A DNA stretch of 44,229 nucleotides from Reclinomonas americana ATCC 50394 (lineage: Eukaryota): assembly GCA_048213135.1 (NCBI GenBank), contig PS015073.1, forward strand, positions 78,906 through 123,134, in the 5' to 3' direction. Below are positions 36,801 through 44,229 of the stretch, one piece after another. The notes under the pieces are model-generated. The model did not search any database, was not told the origin of the DNA, and was given only the letters and a program-made list of their open reading frames with translations. The stretch's first letter is position 1. Each line of letters opens with the position of its first letter. Made by a program: the position numbers and the translations under genes.

Positions 36801-39800
36801 GCTTCTTGGCGTCGCTGCAGACGGTGGCGCGCATGCTGGTGTTGACCAGCGGCTCGTGCAGCGTGAGCGCGGACACGACAGCGGGTGTGGATGGGACAGT
36901 CGATTCAGTGACAGGCTCGACAGCCATGGCAGTGACGGTGCTGCCGAGTGCGTCGTTGACCGGCGGTGTGTATCGCGTGTGCACGCGTGCTTCCGCCGCC
37001 TCTGGTGTTCCGTATGAGGATACTTACTCCGCCGGTGTCACCGTGGGTGAGTGCGTGTGCTCTCGTTTCCTTCACTTAGCTTGTCTGTCTCACGGTGTGA
37101 AATGATATGTGTGTGTGTGATCAGCATCATTCTCCTCGCTCGTTCCCAGTTCGATTCTTGCCGGCGTCGGTGTGACACACCAGCTTCGTGTGTCAGGAAC
37201 TGGCTTGCTACCGCCTGGTGCACGCACGGTGCCGACAGACCCGGTGGCATTGGTGGTGGATGCTGCGTCCAACCCGACGTGCAGCAATGCCGACATTTCC
37301 GCCGTGCGATACACGACGTCGTTGTCGTCGGCCAGCACCACGCAGTTGGTGTTTGGCTTCGATGCCACCGGCGTGTCGACCAACGTCTATCGACTNNNNN
37401 NNNNNNNNNNNNNNNGTGAGCGTGGCCACAGACGGTCCACTGGCACATGAGGCGCGAAGCACAAACGACGTAGTCGACTGGCTGCCCACGTAACCCCCGC
37501 CGCCAGTCACTGTCACCGTGCCCGGCGTCAGATCTCGCAACATCATTGGTGGACTCGTAGTGGCCGTCGACACAGTGAAAATGCCGAGTGGCGCCAACAT
37601 TGATGGAGGTTGACTGGGAATCTGGGTGCACAAATAGTACACGCCGCCAGTCTGGCCACTTCCGTCCACCGTCAACGACGCCGTGGTTGACGTGACTGAC
37701 CCAACTGTCACTCCCACGGTGGTGGGTACCATACATGCGCTGTCCGATGTCACAAACACAATCAGCGTGCCACCGAAGCCGCTGCCTTTCAGCACCTCAA
37801 TCTGTCCTCCGACAGCCGGAATGGCCGTTGGCGACACCCCAGTAACAACAAACACGCCAATCTGGCCTGCATCCACATATCCGAGGGTCGGCCACAATCG
37901 CACACACNNNNNNNNNNNNNNNNNNNNNNNNNNNNNNNNNNNNNNNNNNNNNNNNNNNNNNNNNNNNNNNNNNNNNNNNNNNNNNNNNNNNNNNNNNNNN
38001 NNNNNNNNNNNNNNNNNNNNNNNNNNNNNNNNNNNNNNNNNNNNNNNNNNNNNNNNNNNNNNNNNNNNNNNNNNNNNNNNNNNNNNNNNNNNNNNNNNNN
38101 NNNNNNNNNNNNNNNNNNNNNNNNNNNNNNNNNNNNNNNNNNNNNNNNNNNNNNNNNNNNNNNNNNNNNNNNNNNNNNNNNNNNNNNNNNNNNNNNNNNN
38201 NNNNNNNNNNNNNNNNNNNNNNNNNNNNNNNNNNNNNNNNNNNNNNNNNNNNNNNNNNNNNNNNNNNNNNNNNNNNNNNNNNNNNNNNNNNNNNNNNNNN
38301 NNNNNNNNNNNNNNNNNNNNNNNNNNNNNNNNNNNNNNNNNNNNNNNNNNNNNNNNNNNNNNNNNNNNNNNNNNNNNNNNNNNNNNNNNNNNNNNNNNNN
38401 NNNNNNNNNNNNNNNNNNNNNNNNNNNNNNNNNNNNNNNNNNNNNNNNNNNNNNNNNNNNNNNNNNNNNNNNNNNNNNNNNNNNNNNNNNNNNNNNNNNN
38501 NNNNNNNNNNNNNNNNNNNNNNNNNNNNNNNNNNNNNNNNNNNNNNNNNNNNNNNNNNNNNNNNNNNNNNNNNNNNNNNNNNNNNNNNNNNNNNNNNNNN
38601 NNNNNNNNNNNNNNNNNNNNNNNNNNNNNNNNNNNNNNNNNNNNNNNNNNNNNNNNNNNNNNNNNNNNNNNNNNNNNNNNNNNNNNNNNNNNNNNNNNNN
38701 NNNNNNNNNNNNNNNNNNNNNNNNNNNNNNNNNNNNNNNNNNNNNNNNNNNNNNNNNNNNNNNNNNAGCGACAGCCATCACGAACAACAGCATTAGTTTG
38801 GGCGTTCCGTATCTGGGTCTGAGCAATGTGTCAGGCACGTTCCAGATATGTGCATCATGGGGAACAGGAGCGCCGTTTTCCAGCGTCGGCACACTTGACG
38901 TGGGTTCGTAACGTGGTGCATTTTCTTTGATGCTGAGATCAATCGACTCACTTGTGTGGATATATATGTGTGTTTACTTTGATGTGCACAGCTGGGTTCT
39001 CGTCCGTGTCACCTGCCGCTGTCAGTATTGGCGGCGTTGGGTCGCAGCAGTCGTTCAGCATCAACGGTCAGTCGTTCACGGACCTCACGGCAGGTGGGGA
39101 TGCGCAGGCGGTAGTTGTTGCGCGGTCGTGCTCTCCGATCAACATGGCGGATGCGTGGACTCGCGTGCCGAGCAGTGTGACCTTTGTGTCGAGTACTCGC
39201 ATCTCGTTTGTGCTTGGCTTGAACGGGTTGGCCCCGATCAACGGGCTTCTTGTGTGCGTCCGCTTCTCGTCGACATCACCGTACACATCAGCCGGAACCA
39301 TTGCGATTGGTGCGTTATTTGTGGAGAGAGAGAGAGAGACAAGAAAGGAGAGCTTGCGACAGTCATTCACATTATGAGTGTGCTCACTTTTATCTATTTT
39401 CTCCGCAGAGGACTTGACGATCGATGCCAGCAGCATTCCAAGCATGGTGTTCCGCGGCTTCGAGTACACTCTTCGATGGCGGTGCTGGTCACGCGATGTG
39501 AATGCTCGAGTGGCGGTGACTGTGCAGCGTGTGAGTGACAGCAGCAACGTGCGCGCTGTGCTCGAGGCCTATCCGGCTCGATGCGATGCTGGCGCCACGC
39601 TCAACTCGCGAGTGTGGGTGGCGGTGGGGATGGACGAGGCTGCTGGGGGCACGTATCAACTGCAAGTGCAGCTGATTGATGTGGACGGACTGTCACTGAG
39701 CCGCACATCGTCTGCATTCGGGTCGTCGCTCAGCAGCATTGTGGTCAACTCGGTGTCGGTGGCGTCGGCGGACAGCGTCAGCCTCGTGTTCACATGTAGA

Positions 39801-42800
39801 AACGCACTTGTCTTGGCCGTGCAGGTGTCGGTTCGGACGGCGACCAGTGCGAGTGCCGAAACGGTGATTGGCAGCAATGTGGCTGCCACGTGCGGGCCGA
39901 GTGCCGCCAGCCAGACGTATGTGTGGCAGCCGAGTGTGCCGTTTTCGGGGGCCGTTGACTTGGCACTGGATGTGGCCGACTTGCCGCGACTGGCGAGTCG
40001 GTCGTCGAGTGCGATGTTTTCGTTGCCGACGATGGATGCGACGGGTGTGCGAGTGGTGGTGCCGACGGGTCACAGTGGTGTGGTGTTTGTGGGTGTGCAG
40101 TACACGATTGGGTGGCGGTGTGCGCGCGCCGCGACCAGCAGCGTCGACGTGACCGTGAATGGAACGATTACGGTGGAGACCGGCGTGTCGTCGACGTGTG
40201 GCGACTTGACGGTGGAGAACACGACGCATTGGACGGTGAACAGCAGTCTGAGCGGATCGAACAACACGCGGGTGTCAGTGCAACAGACGGGCTATGCCGG
40301 CGCAGCCGGTCAGTCGTCCGTGATGCAGGTGCTGACGGCGAGTGCGACTCCGACGGGCGGCATGTTTCCGAGCACTGTGTACGAGGGCTACACGTACTCC
40401 GTGCCGTACACGTGCAATGTGCCTGGCGGCTCCGTGCGGCTGCTGGTATCGGTGACAGGCAGTGCGAATGCGGCGGATACGGTGGAGGTGGCACGAGTGA
40501 CGTCGTCGTCGACCGCGGCGTGTGCGTCGACGGCGCTGAGCTGGACTGTGGCGCGTGCGTCGTTGGCCTTGGGCGGTGCGGCGGCTGGCGGGTACACGGT
40601 GTCGATTGAGGTGATGCACAGTGCACTCGTGTTTGGTGCCGCGAGCGGTGCGGTGAGTGCCGTCGGCCAAGTGGGTGCCGTGGCAGACACGTTCACACCG
40701 GTGCCAGTGGCGATCACTGCTAGCGGCATGCCCAATGTGGTGAGCACTGTCAGCACGGACACGCTGTACCGCGTTCGATTCGGCTGTGTGGCGAATCCGC
40801 TCGTCGGCACGAATGTGGTGGTGGAGGCGACGGCACCGATGTCGACGGCACCGATTGTGATTGGCACTGTGAATGGCGCGACGGCGTGTCCGAGTGGCTC
40901 CATCACCGTTGATTGGCGACCGCCGTCGGCACTGGTGTCTCTGGGCGGATCGGTGGTGTTGTCGGTACGTGATGCGGCTGTTGCTGGCAGCAAGCGCTCG
41001 AGTTCGAGCAGCGTGACGGTGGTCGCGTGGCAGCTGGCGGTGCGCATTGTGTCGGTGTGGCCGGAGCGCGTCAATGTCGGTGTGCGCTGCGCGCATCAGC
41101 TGGTGACGGCGGTGAATGTGGTGGCATCGAGCGGAGTGACGTTGCAGACGGGTGCGCCACTGAGCTGCGCCACTGCGGCGACAGAGAGTTTATTGTGGTG
41201 GAGCACGAGCACGCTGCCTGTGGGGACGTCACTGACGGTGCAGTTGGTGAATGCTGCCGACGCAGTGATTGCGGGAACGACTGCGGCGTTTGTGGTGCCA
41301 GGTGCGGAACGGGGGAAGGGAGGGAGGGGACAGGGATGAGAAAGAGATGACAAGGAGAATGAGAGAGAGTGGGAGGGAGAGAGAGCAAGGAGAGAGGAGA
41401 AGGGAATGAAAGAGAGTGGGAGGGAGAGAGCAAGGAGAGAGGAGAAAGAGGCAGGTCAAGAGAGAGAGAGAGAGAAAGAGAGAGATATTGAGAGGGAGAG
41501 AGTGTAGGAGCGAGAGAGCAAGGAGAAATGCCTGATGACAAACAAGAACAGAGAGCGCGGTATGTACAGAAACATCCACACAAAACGAGACGGCATTGGA
41601 ACAGCAGATGCGGGAGCCGAATGAGAGAGAGAAAGCAAGAGAGATAGAGAGGACATAATGAGGGAGAGAGAGTGGGAGTGAGTGAGCAACGAGGAAACGT
41701 CTGATGACGGACGAGAATAGAGAGCACACAAAGGCGAGACGGCATCGGAGCCGCAGACGTGGGAGAAGAATGCGAGAGAGAGAGAGGAGAGGGAGAAGAG
41801 AAGAACAGAGAGCGAGAAATGAAGAAAACAGCAGTTGATTGACCTGCTCACCCGCTCGTCATGCACAGCATCCGTGTTCAGCGTGACGTCTCTCCAGCTG
41901 CCGTGGACAACACCGCCGACGGCATTTGAGGTCAGCGCCATCACACTTCAAGTGCAGTGCAACCTGCCGTCGGTGACTGCCGTCAGTGTGGCTGTGTTGC
42001 CGGCTGGAGGTGGCGCTGCTGTTGTGGTGGTGCCTTCACAGGCGGTTACGTGCGCGCTTGGAGGAACCACGTTGACGGTGGGACCAGCTGTCGTCGGCGC
42101 GCAGCCGACTGGTGTGTCATACGTATTGCAAGTGACGGGAACGGACGGTGGTTCGTTTGCACCGACTGCCACGTCGTCGGCCTTTGTCTTGTCTGGTGAG
42201 TTTCTGAGGTGATGCAGGTGGACATGTTCGGTGTCTGCCTCTTGCTGACACATCTCACAGCGCCGACGTTTACGATGACGTCGCCTGCCGCCGGCACGGT
42301 CCTGTATCACAACTACCAATACGAGGCAACGGCGCAGTGTGTGCAAGACAGCGCGAGTGGATCGGTCGATGTTGATGTGCTGCTTGTGGGTGGCGGCGGA
42401 ACGACGACTGTCGCTCTCGCCACGGCATCGCCGCTGGAATGTCATCCACGTGCGGCAGGTGCCACCTGGCCAACCGTGTCCTTTGTCACTCCAGCGACGG
42501 CTGCCGAAGGCGTGTGGACACTGCGAGTGCAGTTGAGCTCGTCGCCGACCACCGTTTTCGACGGCGTCAGCGTGACTGTTCGGCGTGTACTGGCCATGGT
42601 GTACCCAGTGATCAGCAGCACGACGCCAATCTTCACGGGCGAACTGATTCGCGTCGGCTTCCAGTGTTTTGGCAATCCGCAAATCACGGCAGTGGAGGTC
42701 ATTGCACGGCAGTCATCTGGAGCGACGATTGTTGTGCGCCGAATCGATCCGTTTGTGTGCGATCTCACCTCCCCGGTGACTGCGTTCGACTGGCGTGTCG

Positions 42801-44229
42801 ACGCGACACTGCCATCGCAGCCGATCGGTCTACTCGTGCGTGACGCGGTGCGCACCAGTGCCGAGTCGGCGGTCATCCAGGTACCGCAGTTGTATCGCAC
42901 GCAGTTGCGCAATGCGTCAGTGCGGGCGGCCGATGGGGATGTGGCGGTGGTGGTGGCCGGTGAGGATATCGAAGTCGGCTGGCAGTGCAACAATCCCGCC
43001 ACACAGTCCATGCAACTGCGCTTGATTCGTGCTGTCAGCAGCCTCACGTCGTCGGCGGCGGAGGCCACGGCGGTGGTGTCGCCGGTGCGATGTTCACCGC
43101 AATGGGACGCGAAGAACGTGTATGTGTGGACACTGCCTGCCGGGGTGAGCACCGACACGTATCAGGTGGAGGTGTACGACAATCTGCGCAACGTGGCGCT
43201 GAGGACGCTGGCGTTTGCCGTGCAACGTGAGTTTGATGAGGAGAGGGTGAAGAGGGGAAGGGGAATGAGAGGGGAAGTGGAAAGAGAGGGAAGTGGAAAG
43301 AGAGGGGAAGGGGAAAGAGAGGGGAAGGGAAAGAGAGGGGAAGGGGAACAGGGGAAGTGGAAAGAGAGGATGGGAGTGCAAGAGAGAGAGAAGCTGAGAG
43401 TGAAGTAGGAGGGGCGAGAAGAGAACGAGATGATTTGGGGTAGCGGGGAAAGTGGTGAAGCGAAGGAGAGGAAGTAGAAAGAGAGGGTGAAAGTGTGCGG
43501 AAAAGAGAAGCTGAGAGTGAAGCAGGAGGGACGAGAAGAGAAACGGGGTGCTTTTGGGTAGCGGGGAAAGTGCTGAAGGAGAAGGAGAGGAAGCCGCATG
43601 AGGAGAGTGCAAGGAAAAGAGAAGCAGTGAGTGAGGCAGGAGGGAGGAGAAGAGAAACGAGATGATTTTGTAGCGGGGAAAGTCCTGAAGGAGAAGGAGA
43701 GGAACTCGCATGAGGAGAGTACAAGGAAAAGAGAAGCTGAGAGTGAAGCAGGAGGGACGAGAAGAGAAACAAGGGGAAGTGGAAAGAGAGTGAAGAGAAG
43801 TGAGGGAAGTGGAAAGAGAGGAGGGAGTGCAAGGAATAGAGAAGCCGAGAGTGAAGCAAGAGGTATGAGAATATACATCGAGCGCATTAGAGTTTGCAGG
43901 GAAAATGAAGGGGAGATAGGGGACGCAGAAAGAGAGGAGCCCGCAGAGCGAGTCCCTTTTGCTCCTTCGATGATGAGGGGGGAAGAGATGAGAGTGATTA
44001 TGTACTCTCTCTGCAAGTGAAGTGCAGAGTCGCTCACCTCATGAGAGAGGGAAGAGTGCTTGTAAATGCAGAATTGGCACTCAGTTTGTGTGTTGCAGCA
44101 TTGCAAGGTAGCGGTGTTTTGTGCTGACTCTCTCTCTCTCTCTCTCTCCACGCACAGGCCTTGTGTGCTGGCGGTGTCATCGGTGCTGTCGACCAAGCTC
44201 GACGCGTTGTATGCGGGCCAGGAGGCCAA
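26425..44229 (+). CDS. Gene C (3'-partial): paralog with an alternative, longer Ig-like C-terminal region; 8-nt frameshift near 35860
   Basis: ATG at 26425 (MFGSTLRHSRKTHCRRWLS, spliced to VWLLLPLLLLLVACSPP at 27078). Colinear with B up to about 36940. Unique exons follow: 37125-38903 (including the inverted piece), 38992-39309, 39409-41301, 41869-42195, 42261-about 43226, and 44158 onward. No TM segment is reached within the window. Confidence 0.72.
26766..26990. repeat. (CTCA)n / (CT)n microsatellite in intron 1 of gene C
   Basis: Direct tetranucleotide repeat. Confidence 0.95.
28596..28742. repeat. 13-bp tandem repeat TTCCCCCTTTGCC
   Basis: Tandem units interrupted by a 20-N gap; a related array (TTTGCTTCCCCCC) lies at 11921-11980 in the same intron of B. 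Confidence 0.9.
32043..32352. repeat. Same 18-bp minisatellite, shorter array in gene C
   Basis: CACTCCTCTGTCG(CT/TG)C units in the paralogous intron. Confidence 0.9.
37416..37907 (-). other. Inverted 492-bp coding segment of gene C between two N gaps
   Basis: The minus-strand frame encodes Ig-like sequence (CVRLWPTLGYVDAG...GGVYYLCTQ...SGPSVATL) and joins in frame at both flanks when flipped. Confidence 0.9.
43385..43865. repeat. Imperfect purine-rich tandem repeat of about 115 bp (4-5 copies), intronic
   Basis: agagaagctgagagtgaagcaggagggacgagaagagaaac-like core near 43388, 43503, 43618, 43730 and 43838. Confidence 0.8.

Noticed and set aside
37208-37903. Independent nested minus-strand gene
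   Set aside because: It is bounded by N gaps and is an in-frame piece of gene C when flipped.
353-44229. Many long minus-strand and alternative-frame ORFs, and GA/CT-derived Arg/Glu- or Leu/Ser-rich ORFs
   Set aside because: They are shadows of GC-rich coding exons, low-complexity intron tracts, or run through Ns.
274-44229. Naming the genes teneurin or TRIM-NHL
   Set aside because: No EGF or YD repeats and no RING/B-box; the topology is type I with a C-terminal TM, so no gene symbol is given.

Overview
Intron-rich eukaryotic (probably protist) genomic DNA with several N gaps. The window holds a head-to-tail array of three paralogous + strand genes with a period of about 16 kb: A (5'-partial, to 10174), B (10469-26127, 37 exons by manual splicing, about 2,700 aa) and C (26425 to beyond the window). 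The inferred product is a giant type-I membrane protein: signal peptide; 18 NHL-type blades (12+6) inserted inside two split FN3-like domains; a chain of Cys-paired Ig/IPT-like repeats; and, in A and B, a TM helix plus a spliced proline-rich cytoplasmic tail that the ORF track misses. C has a different, longer Ig-like C-terminal region. The most unusual signal is a class of shifted 5' splice sites (GTTGCG/GTTACG, with G at +6 instead of +5). These make up 9 of the 36 donors in gene B and occur only after a non-G exon end. Also seen: paralog variation concentrated in propeller loops, mosaic identity patches, one frameshift each in B and C, and a 492-bp inverted segment that rejoins C's reading frame exactly when flipped. 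All gene models are manual and unverified by RNA data.
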